DNA from: Vicinamibacterales bacterium
Lineage (GTDB): Bacteria > Acidobacteriota > Vicinamibacteria > Vicinamibacterales > SCN-69-37
Direction of reading: 5' to 3'
DNA length: 64,000 nucleotides
Assembly (NCBI GenBank): GCA_038918905.1
Contig: JBCKZS010000002.1
Location: forward strand, 11,126-75,125
Shown: positions 37,771 to 48,154 of the stretch, one piece after another
How positions within the stretch are numbered: position 1 is the first letter of the stretch
How the letters are laid out: each line of letters opens with the position of its first letter
Program-made: the position numbers and the translations under genes
Notes under the pieces: generated by a model
Database searches by the model: none
The model's input: the letters and a program-made list of their open reading frames with translations, nothing else
Told to the model about the DNA's origin: nothing

Positions 37771-38019
37771 CTACAGCCGGGCGCGCTCCACGATCCGCGT
37801 CACGACCCAGCGCTTGCCGCGGCTCAGCGGGCGGGTCGCCACCAGGGCCACCAGATCCCCCACCTTCGCGTCGCCCTGCTCGTCGTGCGCCATGTACCGC
37901 GTGGTGCGCTTCAACTGTTTGCCGTACCGCTCGTCACGCACCCGTCGCTCGGTGGTGACGACCACGGTCTTCGTCATCTTGTTGCTGACGACCTTGCCTG
38001 TAATCTCTGCCTTGGCCAT
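37771..38019 (-). CDS. rpsQ: 30S ribosomal protein S17
   Basis: ...[27 protein letters not shown]... Confidence 0.95.
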   Translation of the reverse strand: MAKAEITGKVVSNKMTKTVVVTTERRVRDERYGKQLKRTTRYMAHDEQGDAKVGDLVALVATRPLSRGKRWVVTRIVERARL

Positions 38020-38021
38020 AC

Positions 38022-38228
38022 TTACTTCCTGACGTCCTTCTCGCGAAGAATCGTCTGAATGCGCGCCAGCTCCCGGCGCAACGGACGCACCTTGTTGGCC
38101 GACTCGGTCTGCCCCATGGACTTCTGAATCCGCGTGCGGAAGACCTGGTCCTCCAGTTCCTTCAGGCGCACCTTCAGGTCATCCTCCGTCATGCCGCGAA
38201 GTTCTCCGAGGTGCTCGGTCACCTTCAT
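38022..38228 (-). CDS. rpmC: 50S ribosomal protein L29
   Basis: [35 protein letters not shown].... ATGA overlap with the rplP stop. Confidence 0.93.
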   Translation of the reverse strand: MKVTEHLGELRGMTEDDLKVRLKELEDQVFRTRIQKSMGQTESANKVRPLRRELARIQTILREKDVRK

Positions 38229-38650
38229 GACACTTTCTCCTCCGCAAACCGCGTCGCGAACCGGGTCTTGATCGGCAGCTTCGCCTGCGCGAGCCGCATG
38301 GCCGCGCGCGCCTCGATCTCCGAGACGCCCTCCATTTCGAAGAGGATGCGGCCCGGCTTGACCACCACGACCCACCCCTCCGGCGCGCCTTTCCCCTTGC
38401 CCATGCGGGTTTCCTGGGGCTTCTTGGTCACCGGCTTGTCCGGGAACACCCGGATCCAGATTTTCCCGCCGCGCTTGATGCCGCGGGCCATGGCCACACG
38501 GGCCGCTTCAATCTGGCGGTCGGTCATCCAGCAGGGTTCCAGCGCCATCAGGCCGAAGTCGCCGAATGCCACCGTGCACCCGCGATACGCCTTGCCGCGC
38601 ATCCGGCCACGCTGCTGTTTCCGGTACTTGACCTTCTTCGGCATCAACAT
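38225..38650 (-). CDS. rplP: 50S ribosomal protein L16
   Basis: [21 protein letters not shown]... Confidence 0.97.
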   Translation of the reverse strand: MLMPKKVKYRKQQRGRMRGKAYRGCTVAFGDFGLMALEPCWMTDRQIEAARVAMARGIKRGGKIWIRVFPDKPVTKKPQETRMGKGKGAPEGWVVVVKPGRILFEMEGVSEIEARAAMRLAQAKLPIKTRFATRFAEEKVS

Positions 38651-38671
38651 GACGATGTCTCCGGCCTTTCC

Positions 38672-39352
38672 TTACGCCCGGACCGCGCGACGCGGCTGCC
38701 GGTACTCTTCTTCACGGCCCACGCGCGGCGTCAGCCGTTCGCCCTTGTACAACCACACCTTCACGCCAATCACGCCGTAGGTGGTGAACGCCTGGGCGAA
38801 TCCATAATCAATGTCCGCGCGCAGCGTCTGCAGCGGCAACTGCCCGTGCAGGTACCACTCGGACCGCGCGATCTCGGCGCCGTTCAACCGGCCCGACACC
38901 CGCACCTTGATCCCCCTGGCGCCAAACCGCAGCGCCGACTCGACGGCCTTGCGCATCGCCCGCCGGAACGCGACGCGCTTCTCCAACTGCATCGCCACCG
39001 ACTCGGCGATGAGCTGCGAATCCAGCTCGGGCTTCTGAATCTCGAGGATGTTGATGAACACCTCGCGCCCCGTCACCCTGGTCAGCTCCTGCCGGAGTTT
39101 GTCGACCTCGGTGCCCTTGCGGCCGATGATGATGCCCGGCCGCGAGGTGTGAATGTCGATCTTCAACTTGTTGGCCGCGCGTTCGATGTCGATGCGCGCC
39201 ACGCCCGCGTGGGCGAACCGCGTCTTCAACTCGCTGCGCAGCTTCAAGTCTTCGTGCAGCAGCTTCGCGTAGTCGCGGTCGGCGAACCAGCGCGACCGCC
39301 ATGTCTTGTTGAAGCCGAGCCGGAACCCGTACGGATGGACTTTCTGACCCAT
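38672..39352 (-). CDS. rpsC: 30S ribosomal protein S3
   Basis: [24 protein letters not shown]... Confidence 0.97.
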   Translation of the reverse strand: MGQKVHPYGFRLGFNKTWRSRWFADRDYAKLLHEDLKLRSELKTRFAHAGVARIDIERAANKLKIDIHTSRPGIIIGRKGTEVDKLRQELTRVTGREVFINILEIQKPELDSQLIAESVAMQLEKRVAFRRAMRKAVESALRFGARGIKVRVSGRLNGAEIARSEWYLHGQLPLQTLRADIDYGFAQAFTTYGVIGVKVWLYKGERLTPRVGREEEYRQPRRAVRA

Positions 39353-39355
39353 GAG

Positions 39356-39826
39356 TTACTCCGCCTTCGCCCGGGCCGCCGCGCCCCGTGCGCCAGCCGC
39401 CGTTCTCGCGCGCCGCGCGGCTTGCGCCCGGGTGCCCGCCGTTTTGGTGGTGCCCGCCGGGCCCGTCGTGCCCACCGCCCTGGCCGGCCGCTCCGCGACC
39501 GCCACCGTCAGGTGCGCCGTGCGCTTCACCACGCGAAACGCGCGTCCCATCGGGGCCGGGCGCACCCGTTTCATGCTCGGGCCCTGGTCGGCGCAGCAGC
39601 TCGTCACACACAACCGGTCCACATCGCCCCCAAACCCTTCCGCCTGCCGCGCATTCGCGATCGCCGACTGCAGCACCTTCTCGATATCCTTCGCCACCCG
39701 CTTGCGCGAGAACCGGAGGGTCGACAGCGCCGCATTCACGTCGCAGCCGCGAATCAGGTCGAGGACCAGTCCGGCCTTCTGCGCCGAGGTCCGTACGTAT
39801 TTGGCGGTGGCCTGTGCCTGCACCAT
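39356..39826 (-). CDS. rplV: 50S ribosomal protein L22 with Ala/Arg-rich C-terminal extension
   Basis: ...AKYVRTSAQKAGLVLDLIRG...RAHLTVAV core followed by a ~45-aa tail. Confidence 0.95.
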   Translation of the reverse strand: MVQAQATAKYVRTSAQKAGLVLDLIRGCDVNAALSTLRFSRKRVAKDIEKVLQSAIANARQAEGFGGDVDRLCVTSCCADQGPSMKRVRPAPMGRAFRVVKRTAHLTVAVAERPARAVGTTGPAGTTKTAGTRAQAARRARTAAGARGAAARAKAE

Positions 39827-40128
39827 TACTTGCCTCCCTTGGCCGGGCCGGACGCCGCGGCCTTGTCCGCCTTGGTCGTGTGTCCCTTGAAGGTGCGCGT
39901 CGGCGCAAACTCTCCCAGCTTGTGCCCCACCATGTTCTCGGTCAGATACACCGGGATGAACTTCCTGCCGTTGTGCACCGCCAGCGTGTGTCCGATCATC
40001 TCGGGCACCACCGTCGATCGACGCGACCAGGTCTTGATGACCTTCTTTTCGTTCTGCCGGTTCTGTCCTTCCACCTTCTCGAGCAGGTGCAGGTCAATAA
40101 ACGGCCCCTTCTTGAGTGATCTGCCCAT
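39826..40128 (-). CDS. rpsS: 30S ribosomal protein S19
   Basis: [19 protein letters not shown]... Confidence 0.97.
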   Translation of the reverse strand: MGRSLKKGPFIDLHLLEKVEGQNRQNEKKVIKTWSRRSTVVPEMIGHTLAVHNGRKFIPVYLTENMVGHKLGEFAPTRTFKGHTTKADKAAASGPAKGGK

Positions 40129-40130
40129 AA

Positions 40131-40955
40131 CTACTTCTTCCGCCGTTCCACGATGAACGAATCCGTGCGCTTGTTACGGCGCGTCTTGTAGCCCTTGGTC
40201 GGCACGCCCCACGGCGTGACCGGATGCCGGCCGCCCGACGTCTTGCCTTCGCCGCCGCCGAGCGGGTGGTCCACCGGGTTCATCGCGACGCCGCGCACGT
40301 GCGGCCGCCTGCCCAGCCACCGGCTGCGGCCGGCCTTGCCGATCGACACGTTCTCGTGGTCGAGGTTGCCCACCTGGCCGATCGTCGCCAGGCACCCGAC
40401 GTTGATGTGCCGGATTTCTCCCGACGGCATCTTCACCGACGCATACTCGCCATCCCTGGCCACGAGCTGCACGGCCGATCCGGCCGACCGGGCGATCTGG
40501 CCGCCCTTGCCGGGCCGCAGTTCGACGTTGTGAATCATCGTGCCCAGCGGAATCAGCTTCAGCTTGAGGCAGTTGCCCGGCAGAATGTCGACCCCGTCGC
40601 CCGACATCACCGGATCGCCGACCTTCAGGCCCAGCGGATGCAGGATGTACCGCTTCTCGCCGTCGGCGTAGGTCACGAGCGCGATGCGCGCGCTCCGATT
40701 CGGGTCGTATTCGACCGTCGACACCTTGCCGGGAATGTCGAACTTGTTGCGCTTGAAGTCGATGATACGGTAGTGACGTTTGTGCCCGCCGCCGCGCCAC
40801 CAGCACGTGATCTCGCCCTTGTTGTTGCGGCCACCTGACCGGTGCAGCGGTTCGAGCAACGGCTTGTGCGGCGTCGTCGAGGTGATCTCGTCGAACGTCT
40901 GCACGCTGTAGAACCGTCGCGCCGGCGACGTGGGCTTGTAGTTACGAATCCCCAT
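40131..40955 (-). CDS. rplB: 50S ribosomal protein L2
   Basis: [14 protein letters not shown]...[21 protein letters not shown]. Confidence 0.97.
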   Translation of the reverse strand: MGIRNYKPTSPARRFYSVQTFDEITSTTPHKPLLEPLHRSGGRNNKGEITCWWRGGGHKRHYRIIDFKRNKFDIPGKVSTVEYDPNRSARIALVTYADGEKRYILHPLGLKVGDPVMSGDGVDILPGNCLKLKLIPLGTMIHNVELRPGKGGQIARSAGSAVQLVARDGEYASVKMPSGEIRHINVGCLATIGQVGNLDHENVSIGKAGRSRWLGRRPHVRGVAMNPVDHPLGGGEGKTSGGRHPVTPWGVPTKGYKTRRNKRTDSFIVERRKK

Positions 40956-40960
40956 GATCC

Positions 40961-41251
40961 TCAGGCCCCTTCCAGGAACTCAGGCACCTTCTGGCCAGCC
41001 TTCAACCGGACCCATGCCTTCTTCCTGTCCGGTCGCTGCCCCGAGAAACGTCCCTGGCGCTTGATCTTGCCGTGCTGCATCTGCGTGCGCACGGCGGCGA
41101 CCTTCGACCCGAACAGGGTCTCGACCGCGCGTCGAATATCCACTTTGGTCGCCTCGCGCGCGACCTCGAAGACCACCACCGCGCCGGTTTCCCGCGCGAC
41201 GGTCGTCTTTTCGGTGATCAACGGACGACGAATGACGTCTGTGGTCTTCAT
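40961..41251 (-). CDS. rplW: 50S ribosomal protein L23
   Basis: [16 protein letters not shown].... ATGA overlap with the rplD stop. Confidence 0.93.
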   Translation of the reverse strand: MKTTDVIRRPLITEKTTVARETGAVVVFEVAREATKVDIRRAVETLFGSKVAAVRTQMQHGKIKRQGRFSGQRPDRKKAWVRLKAGQKVPEFLEGA

Positions 41252-41868
41252 CCCAGCACCTCCTGCCACCGCTCGACCGCCGCCCTGGTCGCGACGATCC
41301 GGGGCGTGCTCATCACGTCGCGCGCCGTCACCCGGCCGCTCGGCACCAGCCGCACGCCGGGGATGTTGCGCGCCGACCGCGTGAAGAGCTCGTCGAGCTG
41401 CACATCCACCAGCAGCGCCTTGCCGGTCACGCCCAGCCGCGCGAGCAGCTCGACCGTGGCCCGGGTCCTGGCGTCGGGGGCCTTCAGTTCATCCACGATG
41501 ATGAACGCGCCATCCTTCAGCTTCGACTGGATGGCGGCGCGCAACGCGCCGCGCTCCACCTTCTTCGGCAACTGATACGCGTAGCTGCGCGGCTGCGGCC
41601 CGAACACCGTGCCACCCTTGCGCCACAGCGGCGAACGCGTCGAGCCGGCCTGCGGACGACCCGTGCCCTTCTGCTTGTACGGCTTCCTGCCGCCGCCGCT
41701 CACCAGCGCGCGATTTTTCGTCGCGTGGGTGCCCCGGCGTTCCGACGCGTTCTGGCAGACCACCGACTCCCACACGAGGTCTTTCTTAATCGTGCCGCCA
41801 AACACCGCATCGCTCAGATCGACCGCGCCGATCTTCTCGTTCCGCGCATTCACCACATCAAGGGTCAT
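41248..41868 (-). CDS. rplD: 50S ribosomal protein L4
   Basis: ...[35 protein letters not shown]... Confidence 0.95.
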   Translation of the reverse strand: MTLDVVNARNEKIGAVDLSDAVFGGTIKKDLVWESVVCQNASERRGTHATKNRALVSGGGRKPYKQKGTGRPQAGSTRSPLWRKGGTVFGPQPRSYAYQLPKKVERGALRAAIQSKLKDGAFIIVDELKAPDARTRATVELLARLGVTGKALLVDVQLDELFTRSARNIPGVRLVPSGRVTARDVMSTPRIVATRAAVERWQEVLG

Positions 41869-42552
41869 TTACTTCTTCCCCTTCCTGGCCTTCTCAGGCT
41901 GCGGCTGCGGGTCCTTCTTCTTCGCGACGGCACGCCGCACGACCACCAGCCCATTGGGCGCGCCCGGCACCGCGCCGCGCAGCACCAGCAGGTGCCGATC
42001 CGCGTCGATGCTGACGACCTTGAGATTCAGCGTGGTCACCCGCTTGCCGCCCATCCGGCCGGCCGCGCGCATGCCTTTGACGACCCGCGACGGATACGAC
42101 GAGGCGCCAATCGACCCAGGCGCGCGGTGGAACATCGAGCCGTGCGTGGCCGGGCCGCCGCGGAATCCGTGGCGCTTGACGACGCCCTGAAATCCTTTGC
42201 CGCGCCCGTTGGCAATCACGTCCACGCGGTCACCGGCGGCAAACATGGTGTTCACGAGCACCGAGTCGCCGGCCTTGACTGGGTCGCCGCCGGGCACCAC
42301 CTTCATCTCTCGGCGCACACGTGTGGGCGGGACGCCGGCCTTCTTGAAGTGCCCCTGCGTCGGCTTGTCGGCCGCCGCCGGACGTTCGTCGACCAGGCCG
42401 AGTTGCACGGCTTCGTAGCCGTCGGTGCCGGTGGTCTTGGCCTGCACCACCACACACGGGCCGGCCTTGATCACGGTGGCCGGCACCGCGGTGCCGTCGG
42501 CCAGGAAGATCTGGGTCATGCCCAGTTTTCTACCGATGATTCCGGTGACCAT
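41869..42552 (-). CDS. rplC: 50S ribosomal protein L3
   Basis: [16 protein letters not shown]... Confidence 0.95.
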   Translation of the reverse strand: MVTGIIGRKLGMTQIFLADGTAVPATVIKAGPCVVVQAKTTGTDGYEAVQLGLVDERPAAADKPTQGHFKKAGVPPTRVRREMKVVPGGDPVKAGDSVLVNTMFAAGDRVDVIANGRGKGFQGVVKRHGFRGGPATHGSMFHRAPGSIGASSYPSRVVKGMRAAGRMGGKRVTTLNLKVVSIDADRHLLVLRGAVPGAPNGLVVVRRAVAKKKDPQPQPEKARKGKK

Positions 42553-42887
42553 TATTTGTGTTCTTTCCCGAACGCCTTGATCTCGACGTCGACGCCGGCC
42601 GGCAGGTCGAGCTTCATCAGCGCGTCCACGGTCTGCGGCGTCGGCTCGAAGATGTCGATCAGGCGGCGGTGCGTGCGAATCTCGAACTGCTCACGCGACT
42701 TCTTGTCGACATGCGGCGATCGCAACACCGTCCACTTGTTTTTTTCCGTCGGCAGCGGCACCGGCCCGGCCAACCGCGCGCCCGTGCGTTTCGCCGTGTC
42801 CACGATTTCGATGGTGGACTGGTCAAGCACCCGGTAGTCGTACGCCTTCAGGCGGATGCGGATCTTGTCGCTGAATGGAGTGGCCAT
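42552..42887 (-). CDS. rpsJ: 30S ribosomal protein S10
   Basis: ...[17 protein letters not shown]...[24 protein letters not shown]. Confidence 0.97.
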   Translation of the reverse strand: MATPFSDKIRIRLKAYDYRVLDQSTIEIVDTAKRTGARLAGPVPLPTEKNKWTVLRSPHVDKKSREQFEIRTHRRLIDIFEPTPQTVDALMKLDLPAGVDVEIKAFGKEHK

Positions 42888-42890
42888 GGT

Positions 42891-44996
42891 CTACTTTCCC
42901 TGCACGTGCGCAATGACTTCCTGACTGACCGCCGCCGGCACCTGCTCGTACCGATCGAAGTGCATCGAGTAGGCGCCGCGCCCCTGGGTCCGTGACCGCA
43001 GGTCGGTCGCATATCCGAACATCTCGGACAGCGGCACGCGCGAATTGATGATCTGCGTGCCGCCGCGGGACTCCATCGACTGGATGTGCCCGCGCCGGCT
43101 CGTGATGTCGCCGATGACATCGCCCATGTAATCTTCCGGCACCGTGACTTCCACGCGCATCACCGGCTCGAGCAGCACGGCATTCGCGCGCGCGGCCGCG
43201 TGCTTGAACGCCATCGACCCGGCGATCTTGAACGCCATTTCGTTCGAGTCGACGTCGTGGAACGACCCGTCGTACAACTCGATCTTCACGTCGTCAATCG
43301 GGTACCCGGCCAGCACACCGGTCGTCAGCGCTTCCTGGATACCCTGGTCGATGGGTTTGATGAATTCCTTCGGAATCGTGCCGCCGACGATCTTGTTGTC
43401 GAACAGGTAGCCCTCGCCCGGCTTGCGCGGGATGAGGCGAATCTTCACGTGGCCGTACTGACCGCGACCGCCCGTCTGCTTGATGTACCGGCCTTCGCCT
43501 TCGGCGGCCTTCGTGACCGTTTCCTTGTAGGCGACCTGCGGCTTGCCGACCGTCGCCTCGACGTTGAACTCGCGCTTCAGGCGGTCGACGATGATCTCGA
43601 GGTGCAGTTCGCCCATGCCGGCAATGACCACCTGGCCGGTGTCCACGTCCGTCTTCACGCGGAACGTCGGGTCTTCCGCCATCAGCTTCGAGAGGCCGAG
43701 GCCCAGCTTTTCCTGGTCGGCCTTGGTCTTCGGCTCGATGGCCAGCGAGATGACCGGCTCGGGGAAGTAAATGGCCTCGAGGATCACCGGCCGCTTTTCG
43801 TCGCAAATCGTGTCGCCCGTGGACACCGACTTGAGTCCGACGGCCGCCGCGATGTCGCCCGCGAACACTTCCTTGATTTCTTCGCGCTTGTTCGCGTGCA
43901 TCTTCAGCAGACGGCCGATGCGCTCGGACTTCTGCTTCGTCGAGTTGTAGACCGCCTGGCCGGAGACCATCGCGCCCGAGTAGAGGCGGATGAACGTCAA
44001 CTGGCCGACAAACGGGTCGGTCATGATCTTGAACGCCAGCCCCGACAGCGGCGCGTCATCGGTCGCGGGACGGTCGGTCGTCGCGCCCTCGCCGCCATTC
44101 GGATCGATACCCGTCACCGGGGGAATGTCGAGCGGCGACGGCAGAAAGTCCACCACCGCGTCGAGCAGCGGCTGCACGCCCTTGTTCTTGAAGGCCGACC
44201 CGCAGACGACCGGCACGAACGCCGTCTTTTCGTTGCGGACCGACTGAATCGTGCGCTTGCGCAGGGCCGCGCGGACGTCGGCCTCGGGAATCTCCTGGCC
44301 GCGCAGGTACTTCTCGAGAATCGTGTCGTCCACTTCGCTGACCTTCTCGATCAGCTCCTCGCGGAACGCCTTCGCCTCGGCGGCCATGTCCTCCGGAATC
44401 TCTTCGACGACGTAGTCGGCGCCCATCGTCTCGTCCTGCCAGCGGACGGCCTTCATGCGGATGAGGTCGATGATGCCTTCAAACTTGTCTTCGGTGCCGA
44501 TGGGCAACTGAACCGCGATCGGGTTGCCCTGCAGCTTGGTCCTGATCTGCTCGTAGGTGCGATGGAAGTTCGCGCCGATGCGGTCCATCTTGTTCACGAA
44601 GCAGATGCGCGGCACGCGGTACTTGTCGGCCTGGCGCCACACGGTTTCCGACTGGGGCTCGACGCCGGCCACCGAGTCGAACACCGCCACGGCGCCGTCG
44701 AGCACGCGCAGCGACCGTTCCACCTCGGCCGTGAAGTCGACGTGGCCGGGGGTGTCGATGATGTTGATGCGGGTGTCGCGCCACATGCAGGTCGTCGCGG
44801 CCGACGTAATCGTGATGCCGCGCTCCTGTTCCTGCTCCATCCAGTCCATCACCGCGGTGCCTTCGTGCACTTCGCCGATCTTGTAGGTGATGCCTGTGTA
44901 GTACAGGATGCGCTCGGTCGTCGTCGTCTTGCCGGCATCAATGTGCGCCATGATGCCGATGTTGCGACAGCGCGCCAGTGGAACTTGTCTCGCCAT
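42891..44996 (-). CDS. fusA: Elongation factor G (canonical)
   Basis: [37 protein letters not shown]. 701 aa. The stop lies 3 nt before the rpsJ start. Confidence 0.97.
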   Translation of the reverse strand: MARQVPLARCRNIGIMAHIDAGKTTTTERILYYTGITYKIGEVHEGTAVMDWMEQEQERGITITSAATTCMWRDTRINIIDTPGHVDFTAEVERSLRVLDGAVAVFDSVAGVEPQSETVWRQADKYRVPRICFVNKMDRIGANFHRTYEQIRTKLQGNPIAVQLPIGTEDKFEGIIDLIRMKAVRWQDETMGADYVVEEIPEDMAAEAKAFREELIEKVSEVDDTILEKYLRGQEIPEADVRAALRKRTIQSVRNEKTAFVPVVCGSAFKNKGVQPLLDAVVDFLPSPLDIPPVTGIDPNGGEGATTDRPATDDAPLSGLAFKIMTDPFVGQLTFIRLYSGAMVSGQAVYNSTKQKSERIGRLLKMHANKREEIKEVFAGDIAAAVGLKSVSTGDTICDEKRPVILEAIYFPEPVISLAIEPKTKADQEKLGLGLSKLMAEDPTFRVKTDVDTGQVVIAGMGELHLEIIVDRLKREFNVEATVGKPQVAYKETVTKAAEGEGRYIKQTGGRGQYGHVKIRLIPRKPGEGYLFDNKIVGGTIPKEFIKPIDQGIQEALTTGVLAGYPIDDVKIELYDGSFHDVDSNEMAFKIAGSMAFKHAAARANAVLLEPVMRVEVTVPEDYMGDVIGDITSRRGHIQSMESRGGTQIINSRVPLSEMFGYATDLRSRTQGRGAYSMHFDRYEQVPAAVSQEVIAHVQGK

Positions 44997-45032
44997 GATC
45001 GTCGGAACCTGCCCAGTCTCGGATGCACCCGG

Positions 45033-45506
45033 TCAGAAGCGGTAGTGCGCGAACGCCTTGTTGGCTTCCGCCATGCGGTGCACGTCTTCGCGCTTCTTCA
45101 CCGCGCCGCCGCGCAGATTGGCGGCATCCATGAACTCGTTCGCCAGCTTCTCCTGCATCGTCTTGCCGTCACCGCGATCGGCGGCGTAGCCGGCAATCCA
45201 GCGGAGCGACAGCGACAGGCGACGGGTGGGGTTGACCTCGATCGGCACCTGGTAGTTGGAGCCGCCGACGCGGCGCGACTTCACTTCGAGGGCCGGCTTG
45301 ACGTTGTCGACCGCCTTCTTGAAAATCTTGAGCGGGTCGTCCGACGTCTTGTCCTTCACGAGGTTGAGCGCGCCGTACATGATGCGCTCGGCCGTGCTCC
45401 GCTTGCCGTCCTTCATGATGGTGCGGATGAACTTGGTCACCAGCGGGCTGTCATAAATCGGGTCCGCCGGCACTTCACGTTTCGCAATTTCCCGTCTACG
45501 CGGCAT
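45033..45506 (-). CDS. rpsG: 30S ribosomal protein S7
   Basis: [20 protein letters not shown]... Confidence 0.97.
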   Translation of the reverse strand: MPRRREIAKREVPADPIYDSPLVTKFIRTIMKDGKRSTAERIMYGALNLVKDKTSDDPLKIFKKAVDNVKPALEVKSRRVGGSNYQVPIEVNPTRRLSLSLRWIAGYAADRGDGKTMQEKLANEFMDAANLRGGAVKKREDVHRMAEANKAFAHYRF

Positions 45507-45518
45507 GGTGTTGTCCCC

Positions 45519-45896
45519 TTACGCCTTCTTCGGGCGCTTGGCGCCGTACTTCGAACGTCCCTGCATGCGCCCGGCCACGCCCACCGTGTCGAGCGTGCCC
45601 CGCACCACGTGGTAGCGCACACCCGGCAGGTCTTTCACACGGCCGCCGCGGATGAGCACCAGCGAGTGTTCCTGCAGGTTGTGTCCCACACCGGGAATGT
45701 AGGTCGTCACTTCAATGCCGTTGGTGAGCCGTACCCGCGCCACCTTGCGGAGCGCCGAGTTCGGCTTCTTCGGGGTCTGGGTGAACACGCGCACACACAC
45801 GCCCCGCTTCTGCGGGCTGCCCTGCAGCGCGGGACTCTTGGTCTTCCACAAGACCTTGTCGCGACCCTTGCGAACCAGTTGGCTGATCGTCGGCAT
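45519..45896 (-). CDS. rpsL: 30S ribosomal protein S12
   Basis: [12 protein letters not shown]...[19 protein letters not shown] at 45896. Confidence 0.97.
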   Translation of the reverse strand: MPTISQLVRKGRDKVLWKTKSPALQGSPQKRGVCVRVFTQTPKKPNSALRKVARVRLTNGIEVTTYIPGVGHNLQEHSLVLIRGGRVKDLPGVRYHVVRGTLDTVGVAGRMQGRSKYGAKRPKKA

Positions 45897-46287
45897 ACCT
45901 GAACTCTCGTCCCCAACAAAACACGTCAGCACATTCCCGCCGCGGGTGACGACGCGCATGCGTCGCCGCAACCCGGCGGTTCGTGTCGCCTCAGGCCTGA
46001 GAGCCGCAGCTCGGCACCTGAAACATTCCCCCTATTGCTGGTGTCAGCGTGGCGACCGCAACGGCCGCGCATGACGCGGCGGGCAGGTCGCTCGGTTACT
46101 CCCAGGTCGTGTGTCGTGCGTGCCAACCGTCCCGGTGGGCATCGACCTGAAGCGGATCCTGGATAGGGTGTCCCAGGACCCGAAGAACCTGACGAGTCTA
46201 GCAGAACAAATCCCGAATGGCAAACCTCACCATGGAGAGCCCATGGGGGGCCATGGTGAAAACCCGGGACTGTGGCAGAATTCGCCC

Positions 46288-47908
46288 ATGGTCCGCCGAT
46301 TCGTCCTCGCCACCGTCCTCGCGTTCTCCGTCGCCCCGGGGCTGAGCCTGACCGCTGGGCAAGCGGCTCAACCCGTGTTTATGGTGTCGTTCGCTCCGGA
46401 AGCCCGACCGGAGGCGGTCACCGGCCGGGTGTACGTCGCGATCAGTCGGGTGAATGACCGACAGACGCCCATCCGGCAGGCAGGGCCCACCGGCAGCCCC
46501 CTGTTCTCGGTGCCGATCGACCAACTGGCCCCTGGAGCCACCGTTAATTTCACGCCGTCCGCAGCCGGACACCCGGTCCGGCGTCTGGCCGACCTGCCCC
46601 CCGGCGAGTACTGGGTGCAGCCATTTGTGAACGTCTATACCCGGTTCCCCCGGGCCGACGGCCACACCGTCTGGCTGCACATGGACCAGTGGGAAGGCCA
46701 GAACTGGCGCACGTCCCCCGGCAACCTCTACGGCGACCCGCTCCGCCTCCGTGTCGATCCGGGGACCACGACGCCGATTCGGCTGGTGGCCGACCAGGTC
46801 ATCCCGCCCATCGAACCGCCGGCCGACACCGAACTGGTCAAGCGGTTCAAGATTCAGAGCAACATCCTGTCGAAATGGTGGGGCCACCCGATCTTTCTGG
46901 GCGCCACGATCCTGCTGCCGCGCGACTACGACGCGCACCCGGAGGTGAAGTACCCGATCGTCTTCCAGCACGGCCACTTCTCCACCGCCGCGCCGGCCGG
47001 GTGCGATCGCGACGAGGCCTTCCGCACGTACTGGCTCGCCGACGGCACCCCGCGCGTCATGTACGTCACGCTGCAGCATCCGTCGCCGTACTACGACGAC
47101 TCGTACGCGGTGAACTCCAAGAACAACGGTCCCTTTGGTGATGCGATTCTGCAGGAACTCATCCCGGCGATCGAAACGCGCTTCCGTGTGATTCGCGAAC
47201 CCTGGGCGCGCGTCCTCACGGGCGGCTCCACCGGCGGCTGGATCGCGCTCGCGCACCAGATCTTCCACCCCGACTTCTACGGCGGCACGTTCTCGCGTTG
47301 CCCCGACAGCGTCGACTTCCGCTACCACCAGATCGTCAACATTTATGACGACGCGAACGCGTATTGGATCGAGCGCGACTGGACGAAGACCGAACGTCCG
47401 AACCAGCGGCGTCCCGACGGCAACATCCAGTCGATGATGAAAGACGAAAACTGGTACGAGCTCATCGTCGGCGACAAATCCCGATCGGGTGGGCAATGGG
47501 ACATCTGGGAAGCCACGTACTCACCGGTGGGCCCCGACGGCTACCCCGTGCGCCTCTGGGACAAGGACACGGGCGCCATCAACAAGACCGTGGCCGAGGC
47601 CTGGAAGAAGTACGACCTGCGCCACATCCTCGAGGCGCAGTGGACGACGCTGGGGCCAAAACTGTCACACAAGCTGCACATCTACATGGGCGACATGGAC
47701 TCGTATTACCCTGAACATGGGCCTGCGCATGCTGGACGAGTTCTTCACGGAGCGCGCGAAGGACCCGCCGTTCACCGGCGAGGTCGTCTTCCAGCCCATG
47801 GCGCCGCACTGCTGGGGCCCGCGCGGCGCCGACCTGCACCAGCGCATGGTCGCCCACATTGTGACACACGCGCCCGCGGGCGCGGACGTGAAGAGTTGGA
47901 GGGAATAG
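46288..47908 (+). pseudogene. Secreted esterase-like alpha/beta hydrolase with apparent +1 frameshift near 47709-47711
   Basis: Signal peptide MVRRFVLATVLAFSVAPGLSLTAG and the GXSXG-like LTGGSTGGW. After ...GDMDSYY the called frame turns Arg/Gly/Pro-rich and runs to 48021. The +1 frame instead reads LNMGLRMLDEFFTERAKDPPFTGEVVFQPM... and stops at TAG 47908. Confidence 0.65.
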
Positions 47909-47911
47909 AGG

Positions 47912-47928
47912 GGTCCAGAGGTCCAGAG
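47912..47928 (+). repeat. GGTCCAGA octamer doublet just after the esterase stop
   Basis: ggtccaga ggtccaga g. Same motif as 4755-4769 and 51893-51925. Confidence 0.6.
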
Positions 47929-48154
47929 AACCCCACCATGGAGGGCCACGCAGGGCCATGGAGGATGTTGGGATCCATCACGTTGGCGCGGCCGTCGGGC
48001 CCCTGCGGCACGCCGAGGTAGCCGTCGCGCGGCGAGACCGACCGGATAATCACGCTGCGCTCCGACACGGGCAACGTGGCGAGGTTTTCGTAGAACCCCC
48101 AGCCTCCCCGCCCGAAACCCCCGCCGCCGCCCCCACCGGGACGCGACGAGTACG

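Noticed and set aside
42887-42891. Absence of tuf interpreted as a deletion
   Set aside because: The junction is a clean 3-nt spacer with no remnant sequence. Several phyla naturally place tuf elsewhere, so it is reported only as an organisational note.
43086-45902. 938-aa plus-strand ORF
   Set aside because: It is antisense to fusA, rpsG and rpsL. Its composition is Arg/Ala/Gly/His-rich, typical of shadow ORFs in GC-rich DNA, and it has no recognisable domain.
45897-46287. Search for a tRNA, riboswitch or clear sigma70 promoter in the rpsL upstream region
   Set aside because: I could identify no cloverleaf-compatible sequence and no convincing -35/-10 pair by eye. No call is made.
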